DNA of 64,000 nucleotides, taken from positions 1 to 64,000 of the IMG/VR virus record IMGVR_UViG_3300013094_000017; one strand, given 5' to 3'. Positions 14,735-24,273 of this stretch are shown piece after piece. Position 1 is the stretch's first letter, and each line of letters starts with the position of its first letter. Made by a program: the position numbers and the translations under genes. Below the pieces are notes generated by a model. That model did not search any database, was not told the origin of the DNA, and saw nothing but the letters and a program-made list of their open reading frames with translations.

Positions 14735-15027
14735 GATGTAAAGTAATCAACGGTGTAGTGCATGAAATACATCGAGTAGTTGTTCATCGTTTTGAAATTA
14801 ATGAACAACATTCCAACCCTGATCTGTTTGCAAAAGGATATCTATACCATTGGCAACAATCTACTCCAGACGGACAGTTTATAACCGAACACGCTATAGA
14901 TGAAATAGATTATGAAAAATACCTTGATCCATTGACCTATGACTATAAAGCTGTTATAATAGCAGAAATCGAAAAGAAAAAACTAAGTGAATATTATTTA
15001 AGATTTCCAAATAAAGGAACAGTATGA
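14722..15027 (+). CDS. Hypothetical protein
   Basis: ORF track. Confidence 0.7.
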   Translation: MGQVRCKVINGVVHEIHRVVVHRFEINEQHSNPDLFAKGYLYHWQQSTPDGQFITEHAIDEIDYEKYLDPLTYDYKAVIIAEIEKKKLSEYYLRFPNKGTV

Positions 15028-15854
15028 GAAACTATTGGAGTTGCAGTAAGTTTGCAGATTGGCTACGAGGCACTGACAAACTAGACAGCGGTACAAGCAA
15101 AGAGTGGAATACATGGCGGCGTGCGAGCAAACAAGCACATCCTTTCCGCTTCTGGCTAGTTGAAGAAGGATTAGATAAAGTACAGGACGTATTCCGCTGG
15201 CTTCCAGAACGCATTAATGATGTACGCTACTACTTAAACAATCGCTATGAAGCAAAGACACACGCACTATCAAGTCGGTTAGCCAAAGGCAAATGGCACG
15301 AGTATGAAGAACGCTTACTGCACTGTACCTTTGATAGCTTTGTAGATTTCATTGAAATTGAAACTGCTTGGAGTCACTGTATGTGGAGTGATAAGGATTG
15401 GGACGACTTTAATGTACCATGGTGGAGACGTCAATGGTATACCCGTTGGTTCCTCACTTGGCGCTGTCCCGAAGCAGCCGTTGCCCACTTAGAGTGGGAA
15501 ATGACTCTTAAGTATGACGATGAGTGGATCAAGCAAGATGATCCAAACTATGGCAAACCTACACATCAAGCAGAAGCCGCAAAAGAAAAATGGGCATTAT
15601 ACTACTGGTGGAAATATGTTCGTCCGCATCGTGTAGATGCTATGGAATATTGTGGTTGGAGTGAATACTGCGAAGACCGTAGAAAGGCTGTTGGTGAAGA
15701 TGATTGGATATTCGATGAAACCGAACAACCTAAAGATAAAGAACGCAGTCGCAAAATTCTAGATGCCATGGATCGTCTTGAAAAGCAATATGATTCAGAA
15801 GATGAAGAAATGCTAATTCGTCTTATCAAACTTAGAAAAAGTCTCTGGACTTAG
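15024..15854 (+). CDS. Trp-rich hypothetical protein
   Basis: ORF track, AAAGGA RBS. Confidence 0.8.
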   Translation: MRNYWSCSKFADWLRGTDKLDSGTSKEWNTWRRASKQAHPFRFWLVEEGLDKVQDVFRWLPERINDVRYYLNNRYEAKTHALSSRLAKGKWHEYEERLLHCTFDSFVDFIEIETAWSHCMWSDKDWDDFNVPWWRRQWYTRWFLTWRCPEAAVAHLEWEMTLKYDDEWIKQDDPNYGKPTHQAEAAKEKWALYYWWKYVRPHRVDAMEYCGWSEYCEDRRKAVGEDDWIFDETEQPKDKERSRKILDAMDRLEKQYDSEDEEMLIRLIKLRKSLWT

Positions 15855-15857
15855 TAC

Positions 15858-15886
15858 TTGACCTTTCCCTCAGTTGGTGCTATAAT
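15858..15886 (+). promoter_or_regulatory. sigma70-type promoter
   Basis: TTGACC-N17-TATAAT with extended -10 TG. Confidence 0.8.
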
Positions 15887-15919
15887 AAGTATAGTGAGTT
15901 AACAATTGAGGGAAATACA

Positions 15920-17086
15920 ATGGCTGAACAAAATAAACGTGTACCTGTAGCAAAAGATCAAAGTCCAAAGTGGGACAATGCTGATAAAATGACAGCATCT
16001 GAATTCTTAAAAACATTCCGTGACAGCATGGCTTGGTATCGTTTAGAAAGCACAGGCAAAGAACTCAAACCTAAAATTATCAATTGGATGGCTGCTAACG
16101 GCTACACCAAAGAACAAATCGCAGAATTCAAAGCAACTAAAGATTGGCGCAGTAATACTACCATTGGTGGTATTGCTAGTTGTCTATTAAAAGGTATGCC
16201 AGAGGTACATCCCGGCTTTAACGAAGGTCGTAATACTGCTACTTGGTTAAAATCTCGTATTGCAGATATTATGCGCGGTGGCAATGATGATGTTGACGAA
16301 GAATCAGTTGATCCAAAAACACCTAAGGTTATGGCACCTGTTGTGAATATTCAAATTCGTATTCGTGAACAAGCTGGTACTATCAGTGAAGATTTAGATC
16401 ATGCTATTGATTCATTTAATAAGAATCCAGAAGCTTTTGATCCAAAAGCATTTAAGATTGTGAGTTTATTACGTGGCAAAGGTGCTAAGGCAGCACAGGC
16501 ACGTTATATCAAAAGCTTCTTTGAACGTGGACATGCTGAACTATTAGAGTTAGCAGGTGGTAGCACTGATGAACAATTAGTAGAAGGCTACAGTCATTTA
16601 AGCAAAAAGAATCTTAAGAAACTACTAGACTTCTATGAAGGCATTAAGGCAGCCTGTGATCAGATTGCCGCAGAAGCTAAAGTTATGAAGGCACCGCGTG
16701 CTAAGAAAACTAAACCTGCAGAAGAGTTAGTTAAGAAACTTAAGTTTCATAAGAGCGATGACAAATTAAACATCACCAGTGTTCCACCAACTCAATTAAT
16801 TGGTGCAAGTGCCGCAGTAGTTTATAATATCCGTACTCGCAAGATTGGTTATTATATTGCTGTAAATACTAGCGGTCTAGCAGTTAAAGGAACAAGTTTA
16901 ACTAACTTTACAGACAAATCAACACAAAAGACTTTACGCAAACCACCAGAACAGATTAAAGAGTTCAAAACAATGAACACTCAAAAACGTTTTGAAACTT
17001 GGTATGCTAAGGATGTTAAGACAACTGAAACCGTACTCAATGGTCGCTTTAACGAAGATACGGTAATTTTGAAAGTATACAAATAA
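15920..17086 (+). CDS. Hypothetical phage protein
   Basis: 388-aa ORF with typical codon usage. Confidence 0.85.
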   Translation: MAEQNKRVPVAKDQSPKWDNADKMTASEFLKTFRDSMAWYRLESTGKELKPKIINWMAANGYTKEQIAEFKATKDWRSNTTIGGIASCLLKGMPEVHPGFNEGRNTATWLKSRIADIMRGGNDDVDEESVDPKTPKVMAPVVNIQIRIREQAGTISEDLDHAIDSFNKNPEAFDPKAFKIVSLLRGKGAKAAQARYIKSFFERGHAELLELAGGSTDEQLVEGYSHLSKKNLKKLLDFYEGIKAACDQIAAEAKVMKAPRAKKTKPAEELVKKLKFHKSDDKLNITSVPPTQLIGASAAVVYNIRTRKIGYYIAVNTSGLAVKGTSLTNFTDKSTQKTLRKPPEQIKEFKTMNTQKRFETWYAKDVKTTETVLNGRFNEDTVILKVYK

Positions 17087-17511
17087 TGCCAATAGGTTGG
17101 GATGAAGTACAACGTATAAAACGTGTAGAGGCCAAGGCTAACGAACTTGGGTTTATGTTTAGTACAGGCAGCTATTCTTATGGGAAAGATGTTATTAGTT
17201 ATATTTGTCTAAAGCCCAAGGATACATGCTTACCACATTATAGTCGCGGTGCCGAACTATTTACAGGCACACTCGATGATATTAATACCTGGTTGCGTGG
17301 TATTGAATGGGCTCGTAACTATGACGAGATGCTTAAACTATCTAACAGTAAGAAGCGTGAAGCTAAAGAGCAAGTTGAAAAGAATAAGCAACTAATGAAA
17401 ACTCTTAAAACTGGTAAGTTGGTACAAGGTATCAATCCGGGCAGATCGCTTGAAGAAGCATATGATGAAGATTACGATGATGAAGAGTATGATGATTCAT
17501 TGCCTTTCTAA
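17086..17511 (+). CDS. Hypothetical protein with acidic C-terminal tail
   Basis: ORF track. Confidence 0.75.
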   Translation: MPIGWDEVQRIKRVEAKANELGFMFSTGSYSYGKDVISYICLKPKDTCLPHYSRGAELFTGTLDDINTWLRGIEWARNYDEMLKLSNSKKREAKEQVEKNKQLMKTLKTGKLVQGINPGRSLEEAYDEDYDDEEYDDSLPF

Positions 17512-17893
17512 TAGTCGCGACCTTGTGCAGGATCTAAAAGCATCCGAGCTAATTGTAGCTAAATGCCGTGAGGATCGATATGCTCAAAATCTATACGCAG
17601 CCTTGTGTAATATGCAGTGGCAGCGTACAACTCCATGGATCAAAACTGCAGGCGAACTTGCAGTGTTAGATGATTCTTCTTTGTGGTCATGTACTTGGCG
17701 CTCAGCAGGTGGTATTGTAGCAGAACTACAGGGTCGAGGTGATTACCTAAGTTGGTACTGTAGTGGCATGGGACGTGGATACTCGCCTGATGACGAAATA
17801 GAGGAAGGCTTTGTCAGTGAAAGCACTGTAACAGATGAAATACGTAGTGATCTAGCTAGTTTAGGATGGTACCCAGTGCCTTGGAAGGATTAA
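17450..17893 (+). CDS. Hypothetical protein (true start probably further downstream)
   Basis: ORF track. Confidence 0.7.
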   Translation: MKKHMMKITMMKSMMIHCLSNSRDLVQDLKASELIVAKCREDRYAQNLYAALCNMQWQRTTPWIKTAGELAVLDDSSLWSCTWRSAGGIVAELQGRGDYLSWYCSGMGRGYSPDDEIEEGFVSESTVTDEIRSDLASLGWYPVPWKD

Positions 17894-18085
17894 ATGTTTA
17901 AACCAAAACTAATTAGACGTAAGGTCGCAAGAGAAAAGTTAATGATGAATAATCCTAACTTCTATCGTCCGGTGATTAGAGCGCAGTACGGCACTGAGAT
18001 TTACTATCGTTGGAACTGGTGGGGATTGTTTGATCGTAAAATCAAAACAGTTTGGCAGCATCAAAAAGATTGGGGTATTCAATGA
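17894..18085 (+). CDS. Hypothetical protein
   Basis: ORF track. Confidence 0.6.
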   Translation: MFKPKLIRRKVAREKLMMNNPNFYRPVIRAQYGTEIYYRWNWWGLFDRKIKTVWQHQKDWGIQ

Positions 18086-18270
18086 AGAAGTTCGTAGGTT
18101 ATATAGCAAGTTGGACACTATATTGGTTAGGTGATTTAGTCAGTAAACCTATGCATTGGACTTATGGATATCGTTTATATCCAGTGTATAATCGCTTGAT
18201 GATTTGGAGTACTGACGTACAAGATTGGGCCAATGTTAACGGCCCGTGGAGTGAAGAGGGGAAAAAATAA
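18082..18270 (+). CDS. Hypothetical protein
   Basis: ORF track. ATG overlaps the upstream TGA. Confidence 0.6.
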   Translation: MKKFVGYIASWTLYWLGDLVSKPMHWTYGYRLYPVYNRLMIWSTDVQDWANVNGPWSEEGKK

Positions 18271-18530
18271 TGGCAACATATCAAAGTTTTTCATTTAGTG
18301 TAGAAGAATACGCAGAAGAAATGACAGCACAGACTCACCGTACTATAGATTGGATGGTGAATAACGGCTATATTGACAAAGAAACTTGGGATATACTAAC
18401 AGGTACATTAGTAGTTACTCCTATATCAAATAAGAAAGGGTGGGGTAAGAAAATCCTGCAGAGATTCTTTGGTAAGAAAGACCCAGATGGGCAAACATTT
18501 GTCTTTCCGATTGTGCAGTTAGAAGAATAG
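18270..18530 (+). CDS. Hypothetical protein, possibly extending through TAG to 18620
   Basis: ORF track. The frame stays open for 29 more codons after the TAG. Confidence 0.65.
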   Translation: MATYQSFSFSVEEYAEEMTAQTHRTIDWMVNNGYIDKETWDILTGTLVVTPISNKKGWGKKILQRFFGKKDPDGQTFVFPIVQLEE

Positions 18531-18616
18531 TATATGGGCCCAACAGATAACCCGGAACCAAAAGGTAAACCAAATTTATCAGTAGTAAAAAATATTAATC
18601 AACCTAAGGAAGAAAA

Positions 18617-19243
18617 ATGAACCAAGCATCACTAGTACCAATGGTAGTTGAAAAAACAGGTCAAGGCGAGCGTGCTTTTGATATCTTTTCAAGACTGTTA
18701 AATGAACGTATTGTATTCTTAAATGGTCCTGTAGATGATCACTCAGCTAATCTTGTGGTAGCACAGTTACTACATCTTGAAAGTAGCGACAGCGACAAGG
18801 ATATTCACTTGTATATTAACAGTCCAGGCGGTAGTGTTACTGCTGGATTAAGTATCTATGATGTTATGCAGTTTGTTAAACCAGATGTGGCAACTTACGT
18901 AATGGGACAGGCCTGTTCAATGGGCAGTTTCCTTGCACAAGCGGGCGCCAAAGGCAAGCGTTTTGTTCTGCCAGAAAGCCGTACAATGATTCACCGTGTT
19001 AGTTCAGGTACTCCCGGCACACGTGGTTCAGTACACGTACAAGAACTACAGTTTGAAGATGCTGTACGTAGCATGGAAGAAAGCCGTCGATTAAACGAAC
19101 GCCTAACAGAATTGTATGTACGTCATAATACTGCGGGCAAACAATACGATGAGCTATTTGAAACAATGAAGTTTGATACATTCTTATCAGCAGAAGAAGC
19201 AGTAGCCTATGGTCTTGCTGATAAGGTGGTTGCTTCTCGTTAA
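18617..19243 (+). CDS. clpP: ATP-dependent Clp protease proteolytic subunit
   Basis: [26 protein letters not shown] (Ser), MIH (His) and D..LSAEEA..YGL.D. Confidence 0.95.
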   Translation: MNQASLVPMVVEKTGQGERAFDIFSRLLNERIVFLNGPVDDHSANLVVAQLLHLESSDSDKDIHLYINSPGGSVTAGLSIYDVMQFVKPDVATYVMGQACSMGSFLAQAGAKGKRFVLPESRTMIHRVSSGTPGTRGSVHVQELQFEDAVRSMEESRRLNERLTELYVRHNTAGKQYDELFETMKFDTFLSAEEAVAYGLADKVVASR

Positions 19244-19244
19244 T

Positions 19245-20066
19245 ATGAAAGCGGTATTAGGTATTACATTAGTTGGACTGTTATTAGTCAGCAGTCCAGC
19301 TGATGCTAAACACCGTAAGGTCTGCGCCTTGCCTCAGAATAAGATTCTTGCCACTAGTTATTTGGTACAGGATTTAGATTCGGGCGAAGTGCTGGTAGAA
19401 AAGAATAGCTCAGAAGTGCGCAGTATTGCCTCTATAACCAAACTAATGACTGCTATTGTGGTATTAGATGCCCAACAAGATCTTAATGAACCAATTGAAG
19501 TACGACCGCTAACGGGGGTACACTCTAGAATTGTACATCAAACCCTTACCCGAGGTGATTTACTATTGTTGGCTCTAATGAGTTCAGATAATCTTGCTGT
19601 TAAAACTCTGGCTGTAAATTATCCAGGTGGTGAAGAAGCAGCAATCGAAGCAATGAATCGCAAAGCCTACGACCTGGGCATGAATCACACACACTATACC
19701 GATCCTACTGGATTAGATGAAACTAACGTGAGCAATAGTAAGGATCTTTCGAGGTTATTAAACGTAGCAGAAACCTATCCTTATATATCTTATGCCAGTA
19801 CCAATCCTAGTAAAGAGTTTGAAGTTCCGGGAAAAAGGCATCCTATTACGCTGTTTTTTCATACAACCAACCGACTGGTAACATCTATCCCCGATATTGT
19901 GGTAAGTAAAACAGGTTGGATCAACCGCAGCGGTGGATGCTTGATTATGAACATACACGACCAAGGTCGGCGCCTAGCTGTAGTCCTGCTAAATAGTAGA
20001 AACACTCATACTCGTCTGCGAGATGGTGAACTACTATACGGACTACAACATGGTAAAAATATTTGA
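19245..20066 (+). CDS. Peptidase S11 D-alanyl-D-alanine endo/carboxypeptidase (PBP7-like) with signal peptide
   Basis: SITK (SxxK), SDN (SxN) and KTG motifs; hydrophobic N-terminus. Confidence 0.88.
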   Translation: MKAVLGITLVGLLLVSSPADAKHRKVCALPQNKILATSYLVQDLDSGEVLVEKNSSEVRSIASITKLMTAIVVLDAQQDLNEPIEVRPLTGVHSRIVHQTLTRGDLLLLALMSSDNLAVKTLAVNYPGGEEAAIEAMNRKAYDLGMNHTHYTDPTGLDETNVSNSKDLSRLLNVAETYPYISYASTNPSKEFEVPGKRHPITLFFHTTNRLVTSIPDIVVSKTGWINRSGGCLIMNIHDQGRRLAVVLLNSRNTHTRLRDGELLYGLQHGKNI

Positions 20067-21069
20067 ATTTAGCGGCAATGACATCAACGGTGGAACAATT
20101 ACTAATTTTGCCAGCACGGGCATAACTGATAATAGTACTAAGCAATCTTTAGTTGTCGAAGACGACAAGATCACAGTTAAAACAGCAACTATTGACACAC
20201 TTAATCAAGGCATTACCATCAAAGGCGATGTTAAGATCTATGGTATATTAGATGCTGGATTTGTTCGTACTACAGAATTCATTACCAATCAACGCTACGA
20301 AAAACAATACCTAGAATTTTCTAATCCCAGCGGTGAATCAGCAGGTACTGGACTACTTTGGTTAGGTGCTCAAAATCGTCAATTCGTATTCATGCAGAAT
20401 CCAGACCGCTTTTGGTCAACTGAAAATTTCGATCTATTAGGTGGTAAATCATACCTTATTGATAGTACTCCTGTATTGTCAGCAGATACGTTAGGACCAG
20501 GAGTAGTTAAGAGCAGTATTCAATCAGTCGGCACACTTAACAGTCTTGCTGTTGCAGGTGAAGTTACCATTGATGATCATATTTTCTACAATCCAGTATC
20601 ACAAAGATTAAGCATTGGACAAGAAAGTGGCAATGGTCTATTAAGCGTCTACGATTACATCAACAACGTTGAGGTAGTACTTGATAGCAACGAATTAGGA
20701 CACGGTGTAATTGGTACCTACAGCACCAAGGCACTTGACATTATCACAGATGATCAAACACGTTTAAGTATCAGCGAAACTGGCAATCTAACAATTGGTA
20801 ACGAATATAAAGATAGTACAGTAACTCGCGTCTACGGCAAAATGGGCGTAGGTGTAAAGAATCCTACAGAACAATTAGAAGTAGCAGGTAACATCAAATT
20901 TGGCAATCGATTGTTTGCCAACGGTAATTCAGCTCCTATAGACGGCAGCTATCAAATTGGTGACATCGTTTGGAACTCTAATCCGCGTATTGATTCATAC
21001 GTTGGATGGGTATGCATCACAGGTGGTGCTCCAGGGCAATGGAAACCATTCGGTAAGATCGAATCATAA
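20050..21069 (+). CDS. Beta-rich hypothetical protein, possibly virion or tail associated
   Basis: ORF track. Fibre-like MGVGVKNP segment and C-terminal GWVCITGGAPGQWKPFG. Confidence 0.65.
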   Translation: MVKIFEFSGNDINGGTITNFASTGITDNSTKQSLVVEDDKITVKTATIDTLNQGITIKGDVKIYGILDAGFVRTTEFITNQRYEKQYLEFSNPSGESAGTGLLWLGAQNRQFVFMQNPDRFWSTENFDLLGGKSYLIDSTPVLSADTLGPGVVKSSIQSVGTLNSLAVAGEVTIDDHIFYNPVSQRLSIGQESGNGLLSVYDYINNVEVVLDSNELGHGVIGTYSTKALDIITDDQTRLSISETGNLTIGNEYKDSTVTRVYGKMGVGVKNPTEQLEVAGNIKFGNRLFANGNSAPIDGSYQIGDIVWNSNPRIDSYVGWVCITGGAPGQWKPFGKIES

Positions 21070-21084
21070 TCTGCCACTAAAATT

Positions 21085-21118
21085 CCCTGTGAAGCAATAT
21101 TAAATATTGTTTTACAGG
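21085..21118. terminator. Long hairpin, possible terminator or processing site
   Basis: CCTGTGAAGCAATATT-AA-ATATTGTTTTACAGG. Confidence 0.4.
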
Positions 21119-21128
21119 AATACTCATT

Positions 21129-21467
21129 ATGGCACATATCACTCAAAAACTATCATCTTTCAGAGACCATCTCATTAAATTAAATTACGACCGTAAGGTC
21201 TGGCTGTTTCTTAGCGGAGGTGCATTCTTCGCTATTGTAGGAATCATACTTGGTTGGAATAAACTAACCGTCATAAATTCAAATGTCATTTGGACAATTA
21301 TCGCACTTGGCGCTATTATATTAGCAGTTGCTTGGTGGTATTGGACTATGATGCTAATACGCAAACTACTCGAGATTCAAATTGATGTAGTTGACATTCT
21401 TAAAGAACTAACTACTGATATTAAAGTTATCAGAGTAGAAGTAAAAGATATCTTTACTAAAAATTAG
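21129..21467 (+). CDS. Two-TM membrane protein
   Basis: Two hydrophobic helices plus a coiled C-terminus. Confidence 0.7.
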   Translation: MAHITQKLSSFRDHLIKLNYDRKVWLFLSGGAFFAIVGIILGWNKLTVINSNVIWTIIALGAIILAVAWWYWTMMLIRKLLEIQIDVVDILKELTTDIKVIRVEVKDIFTKN

Positions 21468-21487
21468 CGGTCTTGGTGTCAACCCGC

Positions 21488-21516
21488 TTGACAAATTCTG
21501 CCACCTATGTTACAAT
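21488..21516 (+). promoter_or_regulatory. sigma70-type promoter
   Basis: TTGACA-N17-TACAAT. Confidence 0.75.
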
Positions 21517-21540
21517 TATAAATCATCATAGGAGATAGAT

Positions 21541-21573
21541 ATGGCTTGGGTAATTGATAAAACGTTTGAATTT
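21541..21573 (+). pseudogene. Orphan 5' fragment of queD (MAWVIDKTFEF)
   Basis: Strong AGGAGA RBS. The peptide aligns with MGYKFTIDKEFSF of the downstream QueD. Confidence 0.7.
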
Positions 21574-21602
21574 GACATAAATATATCAAACAGGAGTCTG
21601 CT

Positions 21603-22373
21603 ATGTCAAAATATTATGTGTACGAATATCGCCATCCACTAACAAATATTCCGTTCTATGTAGGTAAAGGAACAGGAACTCGTATGTACAAACACTTAAA
21701 CGAAACTAAAGACAATACAGAAAATTACAAGAAGTGGGCATATATACAAGGGTTGCGAAACAAAGGATTAGAGCCTATAATAGTAAAAGTATTTGAAACT
21801 GATTCGTCTACCGATGCGTATAATGAAGAAACAAAATTGATAAAACTTTATGGTAGAAGAGATATAGACGAAAACGGAATTCTAACTAATATATGCGAAG
21901 ATAATAGGCCACCTAAGACTACTGGACCCAGAAGTGAAGAAACAAAATTAAAGATGTCTCTTGCTAAAAAAGGAAAACCCAACCATCAATTAGGGTTAAA
22001 GAGGTCTAAAGAAACTAAACAGAAAATAAGTTTAGCCAATAAGGGCAAGCCCGGCACAATGACAGGCAAAACACACACTGAAGAAACTAAACAGAAAATT
22101 GCTAACTCAAATAAAGAAGCGTGGACAGAAGAAAAGAGAGAAGAAGCAAGTAACCGAATGTTAGGTAAACAGTTTACAGAAGAACACAAACAGAAATTGT
22201 CAGAGTCGCATAAAGGGAACATTGCGTCTGATGAGACAAAACAAAAGATGAGCAATGCTCAAAAATTAGCAAGTGTATCAAGAAGTAAAATAGTATCAGA
22301 AAAACTTAAAGGCAAACCGTGGTCAGAAGCACGCAGAGCTGCACAACTTAAAAGGAAAACAAATGGGTTATAA
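21603..22373 (+). CDS. GIY-YIG homing endonuclease with NUMOD3 repeats
   Basis: YYVYEY...FYVGKG...R, with repeated (H/R)SEETKxK(I/M)S. TAAATA at 21578. Confidence 0.88.
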   Translation: MSKYYVYEYRHPLTNIPFYVGKGTGTRMYKHLNETKDNTENYKKWAYIQGLRNKGLEPIIVKVFETDSSTDAYNEETKLIKLYGRRDIDENGILTNICEDNRPPKTTGPRSEETKLKMSLAKKGKPNHQLGLKRSKETKQKISLANKGKPGTMTGKTHTEETKQKIANSNKEAWTEEKREEASNRMLGKQFTEEHKQKLSESHKGNIASDETKQKMSNAQKLASVSRSKIVSEKLKGKPWSEARRAAQLKRKTNGL

Positions 22374-22908
22374 ATTTACAATAGACAAAGAATTTTCGTT
22401 CGAGATGGGACATCGGGTATGGGCACAAAAATTAGATCGCCCGGATTTAAGTATCGAAACTGAATGTGCGTGTAAACATCTTCACGGACATTCTTATTCC
22501 ATCAAAGTATTCTTAGGAGCAGATACCTTAGATCAAAGTTCTATGGTAACAGATTTTAAGAACTTAAACTTTATGAAAGAGTTCGTAGATAGTGTGTTAG
22601 ATCATAAGTTTATGATCGATATCAATGATCCTAATTTCCAAATTATCACAGCTACACAAATTGCTCCGCCACTGCCAGAACATATTCCAAACTTCACTAA
22701 TTTATCTTCTATAATTGACGGAGATCATTTCCATCATTCCATTAGATCACATTGGGGTGGTTTCGTATTAGTGGACTTTGTTCCCACAAGTGAAAACATC
22801 TGTAAGTATCTCAAACTATATGCCCAAGAACGCATCGGTGATTTTGCTAAAGTAACAGCCGTTGAACTTTGGGAAACTAAGAAATCGCATTGTCGTTACG
22901 AAGATTAA
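22363..22908 (+). CDS. queD: 6-carboxy-5,6,7,8-tetrahydropterin synthase
   Basis: FEMGHRV, CKHLHGHSY, DFKNL, LDHKF, PTSENI and VELWET motifs. Confidence 0.88.
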   Translation: MGYKFTIDKEFSFEMGHRVWAQKLDRPDLSIETECACKHLHGHSYSIKVFLGADTLDQSSMVTDFKNLNFMKEFVDSVLDHKFMIDINDPNFQIITATQIAPPLPEHIPNFTNLSSIIDGDHFHHSIRSHWGGFVLVDFVPTSENICKYLKLYAQERIGDFAKVTAVELWETKKSHCRYED

Positions 22909-22909
22909 T

Positions 22910-23116
22910 ATGTTATTAGGATGGGGCAGTGACGCATTCACTGAAGCAGAAGAAAGAGCAAAAGAAAGGAATAGTATAAACGACAAGGAATGGTTAGAGA
23001 AAGTAGATACTGCTTTCAAAGTATATGAAGAAAAGTTTGGCCCTCAAAACAATGCTGCGGCATTTATAGATTGGCTATTTAAGCAGTACGGTATCGTACA
23101 CAAGGATAAGAATTGA
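22910..23116 (+). CDS. Hypothetical protein
   Basis: ORF track. Start at the ATG just after the queD stop. Confidence 0.6.
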   Translation: MLLGWGSDAFTEAEERAKERNSINDKEWLEKVDTAFKVYEEKFGPQNNAAAFIDWLFKQYGIVHKDKN

Positions 23117-24045
23117 AAAAGATTTTAGTTACAGGCGGTGCTGGATTTCTAGGAAGCCACCTTTGTGAACGTTTAGTCAAAGAAGGGCATCATGTGTTAT
23201 GTGTTGATAATTACTTTACTGGATCTAAGAGTAATATTGAACACCTGTTAGATTACAAGAACTTTGAAGTAATGCGACATGATGTGTGTCTTCCGTTATA
23301 TGTTGAAGTAGATGAGATCTATAATTTAGCCTGTCCAGCAAGCCCGATACACTATCAACACGATCCAATCCAAACTACCAAAACTAGTTTCCTTGGTGCT
23401 TTCAATATGTTAGGACTGGCAAAGAGAACTGGTGCCAAGATTCTACAGGCCAGTACTAGTGAGATTTACGGTGATCCATTAGAGCATCCACAAACTGAAG
23501 AGTATTGGGGCAATGTAAACACCATCGGTACACGTAGTTGTTACGATGAAGGTAAGCGTGCCGCAGAAACATTATGTTTTGACTATTATCGTCAACATGG
23601 TGTTCGTATCAAAGTTATTCGTATTTTCAACACATACGGTCCTCGAATGGCCAAGGCAGACGGTCGTGTAGTCAGCAACTTTATTGTACAGGCCTTAGAA
23701 GGTAAAGACCTTACTATCTACGGTAACGGTGACCAAACCCGTAGTTTCTGTTATGTAGATGATCTAGTTGAAGGAATTATTCGTATGATGGCCACTGATG
23801 ATACTGTGTTAGGTCCTGTTAATTTAGGTAATCCAAACGAATTTACCATTAGAGAGCTTGCTGAAAATGTACTGGCACTTACTGGCGGTAACAACAAACT
23901 TGTACAAGAACCACTGCCTAGCGATGATCCTCAACAACGACAACCAAATATAGACCGTGCTAAACAGTTATTAAATTGGGCGCCTACTATTCAATTGAAA
24001 GACGGATTGATCAAAACGATTGAGTACTTTCGTACAGTTACTTGA
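23113..24045 (+). CDS. UDP-glucuronate decarboxylase (UDP-xylose synthase)-like SDR
   Basis: [31 protein letters not shown] and RIFNTYGP motifs. Confidence 0.92.
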   Translation: MKKILVTGGAGFLGSHLCERLVKEGHHVLCVDNYFTGSKSNIEHLLDYKNFEVMRHDVCLPLYVEVDEIYNLACPASPIHYQHDPIQTTKTSFLGAFNMLGLAKRTGAKILQASTSEIYGDPLEHPQTEEYWGNVNTIGTRSCYDEGKRAAETLCFDYYRQHGVRIKVIRIFNTYGPRMAKADGRVVSNFIVQALEGKDLTIYGNGDQTRSFCYVDDLVEGIIRMMATDDTVLGPVNLGNPNEFTIRELAENVLALTGGNNKLVQEPLPSDDPQQRQPNIDRAKQLLNWAPTIQLKDGLIKTIEYFRTVT

Positions 24046-24070
24046 CAAAACCAATAGAGCATGTTATAAT
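24042..24070 (+). promoter_or_regulatory. sigma70-type promoter
   Basis: TTGACA-N17-TATAAT. Confidence 0.8.
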
Positions 24071-24099
24071 GTTTTATACTGTTAATTACAAGGCGTTAA

Positions 24100-24273
24100 A
24101 TGGATCCTATTAAATTTCGATATATACCTCCAAGTGGCAAATGGAATAGACTATTTGAAGCACAGAGAATATTAAACCTATCGGCTCAGCTAATAGAGCT
24201 TGATAGATTAGAACCAATTACTAACTTTACAGATGCATTGGCAGTCATTGCTGATATTAAGGATACACTTTGA
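24100..24273 (+). CDS. Small hypothetical protein (57 aa, MDPIKFRYIPPSGKWNRL...)
   Basis: Manual ORF with AAGG RBS. Its stop overlaps the uvsE start. Confidence 0.55.
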   Translation: MDPIKFRYIPPSGKWNRLFEAQRILNLSAQLIELDRLEPITNFTDALAVIADIKDTL

